The notes under the pieces are model-generated. The model was not told where the DNA came from and ran no database searches. It saw only the letters and a list, made by a program, of their open reading frames with translations. Position numbers and translations under genes: made by a program. A DNA stretch of 64,000 nucleotides from Nitrospira sp. Its GTDB lineage: Bacteria > Nitrospirota > Nitrospiria > Nitrospirales > Nitrospiraceae. How positions within the stretch are numbered: the stretch's first letter is position 1; each line of letters opens with the position of its first letter. Positions 1-8,794 of this stretch are shown piece by piece. Where the stretch lies: contig AP038806.1 in the NCBI GenBank assembly GCA_047150005.1, forward strand, positions 1,184,001 to 1,248,000, given 5' to 3'.

Positions 1-2
1 AA

Positions 3-617
3 AAAGGTCGAAGCGCTGAAGACTATCGTGAAGTTCTCGTGTCGAATCTGAACCAAGTCGAACGGTTGATCAGGTTGACGAAGGCCTTGCTGACTCTGGC
101 GCGGTTTACCAGCGGACGCCCTCCCATGCATGTGGGGCCTGTCAAACTCGAGCCTCTCCTGCGTGAGTTGGTAGAGGATTTGTCTCTCCTCGCCGCGGAC
201 CGCGACATTCGCTTGGCACTGGAAGCCGAGTCGGCTCCGTTAGTCCTCGGGGACGAACTCGGGCTTAAGCAACTCATGATCAACCTCCTCGACAATGCGC
301 TTCGCCATACCGATTCAGGAGGGCTTGTCACCGTGCGCTTGGAGTCATCGGGCAATGACGTCACGGTCAGCGTTCAGGACAACGGCCATGGTATTGATCC
401 GAAACATCTTCCCCATCTCTTTGACCGATTTTATCGAGCTGCGAGCGGGACCGCGAGAAATTCAGAAGGCACCGGTCTTGGCCTTCCAATCGCCAAAGAA
501 ATCGTCACCGCTCATCACGGAACGATTACAGTAGACAGTGAGCTTGGCAAAGGATCAACTTTTACAGTTACCCTGCACCGGATGAAGCTACTCAATCCCC
601 AACCCAGGAAGCATTGA
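3..617 (+). CDS. Sensor histidine kinase, C-terminal part (end of HisKA + HATPase_c), heavy-metal CusS/CzcS-like; 5' end outside window
   Basis: Frame open from base 3 (KGRSAEDYREVLVSNL...); N-box NLLDNALRH, G1 DNGHGI, F-box LFDRFYR, G2 GTGLGL. Confidence 0.9.
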   Translation, partial: KGRSAEDYREVLVSNLNQVERLIRLTKALLTLARFTSGRPPMHVGPVKLEPLLRELVEDLSLLAADRDIRLALEAESAPLVLGDELGLKQLMINLLDNALRHTDSGGLVTVRLESSGNDVTVSVQDNGHGIDPKHLPHLFDRFYRAASGTARNSEGTGLGLPIAKEIVTAHHGTITVDSELGKGSTFTVTLHRMKLLNPQPRKH

Positions 618-751
618 TCCGCGCATGCGGACGTCTGTGCCGTCTGTCCCCGCCGTATCGATTTCGCAATCTTCATTGAGCCTGTCATCCCACGTCACCG
701 ATCCCCTCGCTTCGCACTAAGGCCGTGTTGTTTGCGAACATCGTCGTACTC

Positions 752-889
752 ATGAAGAAATCTTCACGACCTGTTCGCAACGGCGGAATGCTCCTGGTCG
801 TCACGTGGGCTCTGAACTCCGTTCGGTAGGCGTTTCCGACAAACAAGACATGGGAAGAATAGTTATGAAGAAGTCTTCATGATCAGTTC
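752..889. promoter_or_regulatory. Two copies of a 25-bp motif with palindromic core ATGAAGA-NN-TCTTCAY; candidate regulator binding sites
   Basis: 752-776 atgaagaaatcttcacgacctgttc and 865-889 atgaagaagtcttcatgatcagttc, 21/25 identical, intergenic. Confidence 0.55.
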
Positions 890-1160
890 ATGGACCGATC
901 ATGTGGCGGGGCTACAGTGAGAGAGGTCTAAAGTCTAACGCGCGAGGACGAAAGGCAAGGATTTATGGCAGGTGCGACGCAGAAGGCACAACCTTTCCTG
1001 CAGAACCACAATCGCCCGTCCGTCCAAAGCATGCGCGCAGGCACACGACACAAGTACCCTGTGAGCACGGCGGTGTCGGGTGAGGCCGCATAATCCACCC
1101 CGCGAGACAGAGAGAGCGAATCGTCACAGAACACCGTTTGAGGGCGATGAGGAGAAGAGA

Positions 1161-2114
1161 ATGGAACAAGGGAATAGACATGGAAACCTATGGTCGATTG
1201 TTCTGGCCGGCGGTGACGGGTTGCGAATGAAGGAGTTCATTAAACGCCGGCTGGGTTATGAAAAGCCAAAACAATACTGCGCATTCACCGGTAAGCGTTC
1301 GATGTTTCAGCACACCCTCGACCGCGCAGCCAAATTAACTCCATGGGAACGAGTGGTCGTGGTGGCAGCCAGACACCACCAAGACGAAGTTTGGTCTCAA
1401 CTCGATGGCCGACCGGCCGGCATGGTCTTGTTGCAACCGAAGAACATGGACACAGCGGCCGGTATTTTTCTACCGCTGACGTTCATCCTGGCGCGCGATC
1501 CGCAGGCGACGGCGATGATCTATCCATCTGATCATTTCATTCACCCGGAGGACCAGTTTGTGTCCGCCGTTGGCCATGCCGTGTGGGGAAGCATACGACT
1601 TGGCGGACGACCAGTTCTCCTTGCGGCGAAACCTGACAGTCTGGAGCTCGAGTATGGGTGGATCAAGCCGGGAAGGTTTTTGGGCTGGACGGGTAAGGCC
1701 TCTGTCCAGGCGGTCGACAGGTTCTATGAAAAGCCCGACGAGGCCACTGCTCGTGAAGCCAGGGAAAACGGCAGCCTGTGGAACACGATGATCCTTGCAG
1801 CAAAGGCAAGAGAGCTTTGGAGTTTGGGGTGGAAATGTTTCCCGGAGATGATGGAGCTTTTCGAACGGCTGAAAGAGGCGATCGACACCGCTGAAGAACT
1901 GCGGGTCCTAGACGCAATTTACGAAGCGATGCCGCGTCGGAACTTCTCCTCGCACCTGCTCCAATGCGTACCGAGTCACCTGTCCGTCATGGAGATGCGT
2001 GACATCCTGTGGAGTGATTGGGGCCACCCCAGGCGGATCGCGGACACGTTGGACAAGATCGGCAAGCAGCCGGCTTTTGCAGAGGAACACCTCCCCTTTC
2101 TCTATCAAGGGTAA
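1161..2114 (+). CDS. Sugar-phosphate nucleotidyltransferase (mannose-1-phosphate guanylyltransferase-like, no isomerase domain)
   Basis: IVLAGGDG..PKQY, YPSDH, EYGWI, FYEKPD, WNT and WSDWG motifs; ATG 1161 follows GAGGAG. Confidence 0.88.
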   Translation: MEQGNRHGNLWSIVLAGGDGLRMKEFIKRRLGYEKPKQYCAFTGKRSMFQHTLDRAAKLTPWERVVVVAARHHQDEVWSQLDGRPAGMVLLQPKNMDTAAGIFLPLTFILARDPQATAMIYPSDHFIHPEDQFVSAVGHAVWGSIRLGGRPVLLAAKPDSLELEYGWIKPGRFLGWTGKASVQAVDRFYEKPDEATAREARENGSLWNTMILAAKARELWSLGWKCFPEMMELFERLKEAIDTAEELRVLDAIYEAMPRRNFSSHLLQCVPSHLSVMEMRDILWSDWGHPRRIADTLDKIGKQPAFAEEHLPFLYQG

Positions 2115-2260
2115 GGAAAAAGCACGGCACTCGTCGAAATCTGCGACATCGTCAATGGGCCGATGAAAACAAGGTGACCGATGCGGCGATTCCACCCAGG
2201 TCAAGCGAGAGCCAATGAAAGAAAACACGCAAAAGTGAACACTGAATCGGGAGGGGAACC

Positions 2261-2692
2261 ATGAGCGCTGTCGGCGTACAAACTGGAGGATTGAAGACAA
2301 TCGGCGACATCGTCGCGACAAACACATTGACGTTTCGCGCACAACAGAATGGGCAAGTCATCGCAGAAGAGTTGTTATCGACCCATGCAGCGGGTGCTCC
2401 AGTCGTTGATGCCTGGGGCAAGTATATTGGCTTCATCAATGAGTTTGACGTCCTGAAGGCGCTCGAAGCGGGAAAGGAATTACACAACCTGCTGGCTGAA
2501 GACCTCATGCGACTGGGGCCCATTGCCGTGCATGAGTACACCACGATCGCCGATGCTGCGAAAAGAATGGAGGAACGGTGTGTGTTAAACCTTCCGGTCG
2601 AGAAGGATGGGAGGGTGGCGTATTCGGTGAGTCGCCATGATCTCCTACGGGCGTGGATTAGACATACTCCCGTCAGATTCCCGTCAGACTAG
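2261..2692 (+). CDS. CBS-domain pair protein
   Basis: APVVD..GKYIGFINEFDVL and LPVEKDGRVAYSVSRHDLL; RBS GGAGG. Confidence 0.85.
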   Translation: MSAVGVQTGGLKTIGDIVATNTLTFRAQQNGQVIAEELLSTHAAGAPVVDAWGKYIGFINEFDVLKALEAGKELHNLLAEDLMRLGPIAVHEYTTIADAAKRMEERCVLNLPVEKDGRVAYSVSRHDLLRAWIRHTPVRFPSD

Positions 2693-3064
2693 AACCTATC
2701 TCAAAATTGAAAAACCGGCATCCTGAGAAATGCCGCACGTGCACGTCCAGGATGTGAACCGTGGTATTTCCAAGAAATTCCGCACATTGCTCATGCCGCA
2801 CACCGGTAGTGAGTAGCGGTTCCCTCCTCGATAAACGATTTCGAGATAGGTTCTAGGGTTTCGGCCAGTAGCTGTATCGCACTGGATGCTGTAAATGCAT
2901 TGAGAAACCATGCTTGGCCAAACCCATGACCGTTACGACCCTCCCGTTGTGTTCTTCTAGGTTCCAATGAATCGTGCGCCGTCGCTCTGGGACGCCTAAG
3001 AAGCGATCAAAACGGCGATCTCAAAGGCGCTCGTCAATAAATGGCTTGACCGAGAAGAACCAGC

Positions 3065-4237
3065 TTGAATGAAGGATCTCAAAGGGATTTGTTCTGCCGG
3101 CAGGAGTACGTCATGGGATTCTCATCGGACTTAACACTAACCTTGAAGAAATCGTCGAAATTACAAGAGCCTCAAAATGCAGTCGCCGCGCCCAACCGGA
3201 GCGCCAACGAGACGGTGTCCGACTTCATGCGCATGGAGAAGGGTGGGAAGAGACAAAAACAACCTGCGTCCATCGAAACACCCCAACCACTCATTAGCGT
3301 CGTCGTGCCGGTCTTCAATGAACAGGATAATGTCCCGCATTTGGTAGAACGACTCACCAACGCACTGGACAGCCTGGGCGACTCCTATGAGGTACTGTTT
3401 ATTGATGATGGCAGTAAAGATGGCACGTGGATCAGAATTGCAGGTGCCAACGCCCAATATCACCCTCATCTGCGTGGATTCCGGCTGGCACGCCGTTTTG
3501 GACATCAAGCTGCACTGCTGGCTGGATTGTCTCGCGCCCGGGGCCAAGCTGTTATTACCATGGATGGCGACCTGCAACACCCGCCCGAGCTCATTCCTGA
3601 ACTCGTCAAGGCTTGGAAGCAGGGTTCTACAGTAGTCGAGACACGCCGACACTACAATGGACAAACCGGTCGCTTCAAAAGATTATCCTCTGCACTGTTT
3701 TACCGGTTCTTTTCCTTCATGTCCGAAATTGATATGGAAGAAGGTCGCTCGGACTTCCGCCTCATTGATCGGCGTGCTCTGGATCACGTATTGGCTTTCC
3801 GGCAAAGCGATATCTTCTTGCGTGGCGTGGTCAGTTGGCTTGACTTCCCCTCCACCACAATCGAGTTCGAAGCCGCGAACCGTCTGCATGGAGACAGTAA
3901 GTACACGTTGCACAATATGCTGCGTTTTGCGCGTGACGGCATCGTGGCGTTTTCCACGAAGCCGCTAAGGGTCGGCATTGCACTGGGATTGGTAACCAGC
4001 GCGCTCGCTTTTGTGGCATTGTGCTATGTCATGGCGCACTATCTACTGGGGCACACCGTGCCAGGGTGGGCCTCCACGCTGGGTCTCCTCGTCTTTCTAT
4101 TCGGGGTACTATTCGTGATTCTTGGTGTCATCGGTGGATATGTGGGTCTCATATACACCATGCTGCAACACCGGCCGGCTTATGTCATCTATGATGAGAT
4201 CGATGCGCCTTGCTCGCAGTCCCGACACATAACATGA
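3065..4237 (+). CDS. GT2 polyprenyl-phosphate glycosyltransferase (GtrB/ArnC-like); true start probably ~160 nt further downstream
   Basis: ISVVVPVFNE, IDDGSKD, FGHQAAL, MDGDLQHPP, DFRLIDR; two C-terminal TM helices and RP.Y. Confidence 0.9.
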   Translation: MNEGSQRDLFCRQEYVMGFSSDLTLTLKKSSKLQEPQNAVAAPNRSANETVSDFMRMEKGGKRQKQPASIETPQPLISVVVPVFNEQDNVPHLVERLTNALDSLGDSYEVLFIDDGSKDGTWIRIAGANAQYHPHLRGFRLARRFGHQAALLAGLSRARGQAVITMDGDLQHPPELIPELVKAWKQGSTVVETRRHYNGQTGRFKRLSSALFYRFFSFMSEIDMEEGRSDFRLIDRRALDHVLAFRQSDIFLRGVVSWLDFPSTTIEFEAANRLHGDSKYTLHNMLRFARDGIVAFSTKPLRVGIALGLVTSALAFVALCYVMAHYLLGHTVPGWASTLGLLVFLFGVLFVILGVIGGYVGLIYTMLQHRPAYVIYDEIDAPCSQSRHIT

Positions 4238-4250
4238 TCCTAGTTGGATT

Positions 4251-4529
4251 GTGAATTTTCATTTCACCCGATATCTTCTTTCCACAAGCTTGTGTGCGAT
4301 CTCCGTAGTTCTAAGCTGCTTCGGCCTATATTTGATCAAATTGGCAGACGGTTGGACAACGCCCACATTTGTCGTCGGCGTCGCGTTCTATGGCGTGTGT
4401 GCGATTGCTTAGATGATAATCCTTCGCCTCATGCCGTCATCACATGCGTTTCCCGTGGCTGCGGACGCATTAGTGAGAGGAACGATGGTTGTTGGGGCGG
4501 TGTTCTTGAGGGAGGTTCTTCATGGCTAA
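4251..4529 (+). pseudogene. SMR/ArnE-ArnF-like small flippase with internal TAG at 4410-4412
   Basis: Manual translation from GTG 4251: ...FVVGVAFYGVCAIA*MIILRLMPSSHAFPVAADALVRGTMVVGAVFLRE...; resembles the SMR pattern LPLS.AYP...G...F.E; the fourth helix is missing. Confidence 0.65.
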
Positions 4530-5304
4530 CCTTGTCGAACAACAGAGAGAGCATTTTAACGGCATCTCTGAACAATATGTGTTGGCGAGAACGCACCCCA
4601 ATCATCTGTTGTTAAAAGATCTTATCTGGAGGGAGTTTATAGGACGGAACGCGTGCATTGCTTCTGAGGTGCATCATGTTTTGGAACCCATGTGCGGCAT
4701 GGCCGAAGGATACAGTATTCTCAATGCAAGTCTCACAACGCACTTCGATTACGTTGGCTTTGATTACAGCGAAACCATGGTGAATTTAGCGCGAAACCAC
4801 AAACCAGATTTGAATATTGAACGGCATGATGTGACCACGTATCAAGCCGGAGCTCATCGATTTGATCTGATTATCTTGGTCGGCGGGCTTCATCACGTTT
4901 ATTCTCGCGCACAAGAAGTTCTTATCAAGCTTAGGGATGCTCTGCGGCCGGGCGGCTTTTTTGTGAGCTTTGAACCAACGCATAACAACTGGTTTACCCG
5001 ACGTATACGGCAGCGCATCTATGAATCACACGATCTATTCGATGCGGACACAGAGCGCGGCTTTGAGTATCGCGATCTTGATCACTACTTCAAGAACGCC
5101 GGGTATGTGAAAGTTGACGAAGTATACCCAGGCCTTCTGGCCTACATACTCTATTACAATCCAGATGCATTTCCTGCCCTTAATGTTGGCGGAAAGTCCC
5201 TCGTGAAGGGGCTCTTTGCCCTCGACAGGTTATTTTGGAGTGGCTGGATCGGAAGACAACTCACGTTCGCCACAATGAGTATATGGAAGCGAAGCGATGA
5301 ATAA
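4522..5304 (+). CDS. Class I SAM-dependent methyltransferase
   Basis: VLEPMCGMAE (motif I variant), VGFDYS, FDLIILVGGLHH, LRPGG. Confidence 0.88.
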   Translation: MANLVEQQREHFNGISEQYVLARTHPNHLLLKDLIWREFIGRNACIASEVHHVLEPMCGMAEGYSILNASLTTHFDYVGFDYSETMVNLARNHKPDLNIERHDVTTYQAGAHRFDLIILVGGLHHVYSRAQEVLIKLRDALRPGGFFVSFEPTHNNWFTRRIRQRIYESHDLFDADTERGFEYRDLDHYFKNAGYVKVDEVYPGLLAYILYYNPDAFPALNVGGKSLVKGLFALDRLFWSGWIGRQLTFATMSIWKRSDE

Positions 5305-7156
5305 CGCGCCGCGGATTGTTTTAGACAATGAAATAATGAAGCGACGAACGGCTGATGGTCTTGCAGTGATCTTTTCGTTTTTCATCGCATTGTCTTTTGG
5401 CTTTTCTTACGGTAACGTTGCAAATCAGGTTTCGTATTACCCACATGCGCTGAATCACCTGTCCCCGGACTTCCTGGCCTACGATTGGCTAGTCCAGGAA
5501 ACAACCTCCTATCATGTCCGCTTTGAGTGGATCGTGTGGCTCACTCACGCGCTTGGCTCGGTACCGTGGTGGTCTGCCATCCTGAACCTGGTTTTGGTAA
5601 CCGCCAGCTTTTTTGTCATCTACCGTATCACGTCGGCATTTACCCAACAGTGGGCCTTACTCGCTTTCCTCATTGTCTTGTTGTTTGCGATGATAGATCG
5701 CACGCGAACGGTAGGAATGTCGTATTTATTCGAAGAGGGTTTACAGCCCTCAACGTTAGCGACGGTAGCTTGGCTTGCTTCCATACTTTGGTTTTTAATG
5801 GGACGAATTCAACTCTCGGGGATTGCCCTTGCGCTTGGAGGCCTATTCCACGCCAACTTTTTGATCCTCGGCATTGGACTATTCGGCTTGGCGCATCTGG
5901 CCCTTGGCCGCGACGCATTGTTACCTCGATTGGCTGGTCAGTTGATTCCAAGCCTTCTGATTCTGTCGTTCGACCTGCCGCTCATTTTGGCCTTGTCTAG
6001 TGGAGAGGGTTCAGCGGCAGCTCGCACCATTCTCCAACAAATCCGCGCGCCACACCACTACAGTCCAGAAACCTATGTGATGGAATTTTGGACATGGAGC
6101 GGATGGATGCTTGCCGGTATTGGTGCGACGCTAAGCATTGACCTTCGGTCGATACGGTTGCCAACATTGAGCCTGTTGGGCAGCATTGCCGCCAGCGTGA
6201 TCGGCGCCACGTTACTGGCCACACTCGTTTCTGTCCCCACGATCTCACAACTGTACGTCTGGCGCTTGGCACCATTCGGCGTAATTGTGAGTCAGGTGGT
6301 CACCGCAAGCCTTGCAGTGCGTGTCACCGGTGGCACTCTATCCCTATTTGATCGACAAAACCCTCTGCCGCATGCCATGGTCGCGCTCGGTAGCCTCTTT
6401 GTCTTGCGCGGGTACCTACACGACTCTCAGATAGTGTCCTATCCCATTATGACCATTCTGGGCATGAGTAGCCTGACCGTAGGCCTTGCCCTGCTAATGA
6501 GGTATAAACCATCTGCAGTTGGTATTTCGGTTTCGATCTTTGCGGTGGCCACGGTCGGGCTACTCGTTTCTCACTTGCCTAGTCGTGTCAGTGCTGCCTA
6601 CAGCAGATCCACTTTGTTGAGTCCGCAGGTATTAGGAAAGGAATATGATCTCTACCAATGGGCGCAGAGATCACCGTTAAATAGCAACTTCTTGATTCCG
6701 CCGGAATTGGAAGAGTTTCGGCTTTTTGGCGCTCGTGCAATCGTGGTCGACTGGAAGTCGACGCCCATCAAGCCGAGCGAATTAATTGCATGGCACAAAC
6801 GAGTGGAAGAAGTGGCAGGTCGAACAGTTCGAAACGAAGATGATGCTGTAAAGGGTTACCGCAACCAGTCGCTATCGCAGTTGAGAAAAGCAGCCCTCCA
6901 CTTTGGCTCCAATTACATTGTTATCGACCGCAAACACCACATTGCGAAAATCGGAGGTGAAGCTCCTCTTTTCGTCTCCGATCATTATGCCGTCTATCCG
7001 ACCACAGCTCGTTCGGCAGCTCTGAAGCATCTACCGCTCGCTCTTGACAGTGTCGTGATTCTCAGCGGGATCGTCGGCGAGCCAGCTCTTCGAGGAACTC
7101 TTTTAAGACCCTTGCCTGGTTGTGTTCCTGATCCGCCGCGCTGTACACGAGCGTAA
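5297..7156 (+). CDS. Polytopic membrane protein, DUF6798-like C-terminus; possible GT-C type transferase
   Basis: More than 10 hydrophobic segments, RAPHHY loop, FRLFGARAIVVDWKSTP..ELIAW; overlaps the upstream stop codon. Confidence 0.7.
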   Translation: MNNAPRIVLDNEIMKRRTADGLAVIFSFFIALSFGFSYGNVANQVSYYPHALNHLSPDFLAYDWLVQETTSYHVRFEWIVWLTHALGSVPWWSAILNLVLVTASFFVIYRITSAFTQQWALLAFLIVLLFAMIDRTRTVGMSYLFEEGLQPSTLATVAWLASILWFLMGRIQLSGIALALGGLFHANFLILGIGLFGLAHLALGRDALLPRLAGQLIPSLLILSFDLPLILALSSGEGSAAARTILQQIRAPHHYSPETYVMEFWTWSGWMLAGIGATLSIDLRSIRLPTLSLLGSIAASVIGATLLATLVSVPTISQLYVWRLAPFGVIVSQVVTASLAVRVTGGTLSLFDRQNPLPHAMVALGSLFVLRGYLHDSQIVSYPIMTILGMSSLTVGLALLMRYKPSAVGISVSIFAVATVGLLVSHLPSRVSAAYSRSTLLSPQVLGKEYDLYQWAQRSPLNSNFLIPPELEEFRLFGARAIVVDWKSTPIKPSELIAWHKRVEEVAGRTVRNEDDAVKGYRNQSLSQLRKAALHFGSNYIVIDRKHHIAKIGGEAPLFVSDHYAVYPTTARSAALKHLPLALDSVVILSGIVGEPALRGTLLRPLPGCVPDPPRCTRA

Positions 7157-7220
7157 TCCTTCGGAACGAGCTTGCCTGGCCAGGTCATGAAGCATCTCCT
7201 CTTCTCATCTCCGTATCTAT

Positions 7221-8009
7221 TTACGGTTTCGGCTGAATGCCGACGTCCATCACCTGGTTTTCTTCGTCCACCAACAGCACGGCGGCATCGCCTTTGGATA
7301 ACGTGACCAGCCTCGGCTGAATGAGCGGACGCACCTGGTACGACTGCTCCTTGCCATCCTCGGTGCGAATGACGATCGCATTGTCCTTCAAGGGCTTCAG
7401 GATCACACCCGAGACCTGGGCGAGGTTTCCCTTGAGAGGCGATTTGTGTTGTCCGAGTTCGGCCGATCGATGAACTGATTCCACGCTCCCCATCGTGACG
7501 TCGACGATCTTATCCAACTCGTCGATGAGAAAAACGACATCCGCCCCAACGGGCGTCGAAGCCACCTTGCTTTTCGCGACCGGTCGTATGAGGTGAGACT
7601 CTTCTTCCCCATCCGTCGTGCGAATGACCGCCTTATCGGATCCGGTCGGCATCGGTTCGGCGAGTCGCCCGCGCACCACACGGTGGTGGCCGGCCTCGCC
7701 GGCTTTGTGCACATCGACCAGCAAATTCTGCTCATTGACGGTGATCTCAACCAGGTCTCCTTTTTTCAAGTCCTCCAATCCCTTGGCTTTTCGTACGTTC
7801 ATCGGGAGATACCGAGGCTCTCCCTCGCTCATATGGATTCTTGCCTGATCGCTTCTGATTTCCTCGACCGTGCCAAGCAACACCCGGTCTCCGGAAAGCA
7901 GCTGCGGCTGAGCCTGCTTGACATCAGACGCAGCGCCGGCAATTGCAGTTGCTGAGAGCCACCAGACGCATAACATAACAAGTCGCCATGTGCTGTTTCG
8001 TGTCCTCAT
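7221..8009 (-). CDS. Exported hypothetical protein with three ~60-aa OB-fold-like repeats
   Basis: Signal peptide MRTRNSTW...AIAGA; RBS AAGGA; three internal repeats ending V[ND]E.N...DV. Confidence 0.75.
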   Translation of the reverse strand: MRTRNSTWRLVMLCVWWLSATAIAGAASDVKQAQPQLLSGDRVLLGTVEEIRSDQARIHMSEGEPRYLPMNVRKAKGLEDLKKGDLVEITVNEQNLLVDVHKAGEAGHHRVVRGRLAEPMPTGSDKAVIRTTDGEEESHLIRPVAKSKVASTPVGADVVFLIDELDKIVDVTMGSVESVHRSAELGQHKSPLKGNLAQVSGVILKPLKDNAIVIRTEDGKEQSYQVRPLIQPRLVTLSKGDAAVLLVDEENQVMDVGIQPKP

Positions 8010-8074
8010 AATGTCCTTTCTGGACCGTGGTTGAGCAGAGATTGTCCCGTCTTTGTTCATGATCACATGCACTT

Positions 8075-8722
8075 TCAGAGATTCTTTCTCAACCGAACGA
8101 TCTTTCCCCGCACGTCGTCCTTATTCGTCAGCGGCAGGTCGTCATACTTCCGGTTCAGGGGATGGAACATGGAGTGGCTGCCAATGCTTTTCACTTGCCG
8201 AAGCAGCATGCCATCCGTGCGTCCATCCGGGCTCTTCGCAATGACATAGTCTCCAGGCCCCCACTCCTGCTCGGGATTCACAAAAATCATCTCCCCCATG
8301 CTGAACAGGGGCTCCATCGAGTCGTCTTGTACTTTCAAGGCGAACGTGCGTGTCCCCGCCACGTCCGTCGTTTCCACCATCGCTTCGGCGTGGATGCCCC
8401 CTGGAAGATGCTCGCGGGCGACCATCCGACCGATCTGATCCCAGCTCAACAATGGAATCTTCCGAATTTCACCAGCAGCGGAATGGTGGGTGCTGCCTGG
8501 CAGGTGAACCGTCGTGCCTGAGTGTGCCGACGCGCCGGTCCGAAGGAAATCCACATCCAACCGAAAGTACCGTGCAAATTTCTCCCAGATGGCGCGGTCT
8601 TGAGGGAGCTTGTCGGCCAGAATGTTCACGATTGTCCGAACGGAGACCTCGACTGCCGAGGCCAACTCTGCTTCGGTCAATCCTTCACCGAGCTCTCGAT
8701 GCACAAGACCTTTCAGGTTCAT
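8075..8722 (-). CDS. XRE HTH + peptidase S24 (CI/LexA-like) transcriptional regulator
   Basis: N-terminal LTEAELASAVEVSVRTI; IPLLSW, FALKVQDDSMEP, HPLNRKY, GKIV; RBS AGGAGG. Confidence 0.88.
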   Translation of the reverse strand: MNLKGLVHRELGEGLTEAELASAVEVSVRTIVNILADKLPQDRAIWEKFARYFRLDVDFLRTGASAHSGTTVHLPGSTHHSAAGEIRKIPLLSWDQIGRMVAREHLPGGIHAEAMVETTDVAGTRTFALKVQDDSMEPLFSMGEMIFVNPEQEWGPGDYVIAKSPDGRTDGMLLRQVKSIGSHSMFHPLNRKYDDLPLTNKDDVRGKIVRLRKNL

Positions 8723-8794
8723 TGGGTGGCCCTCCTACACTTTCTCAGCCGATGGAGAACAGGGACCCGCTGGGGCTCCTCTTCCATCCGTTCA

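Noticed and set aside
668..891. Possible degenerate CRISPR array
   Set aside because: Only two good copies, spaced 113 bp apart, with no cas genes in the window.
966..981. Possible sigma54 promoter TGGCAGGTGCGACGCA
   Set aside because: GG-N10-GC spacing fits but the -12 box lacks TT; too weak to call.
4244..4615. 123-aa ORF between GT2 and the methyltransferase
   Set aside because: Wrong frame; the interrupted SMR-like frame explains the interval better.
8075..8722. Prophage marked by the CI-like repressor
   Set aside because: No integrase, structural or lysis genes in the window.
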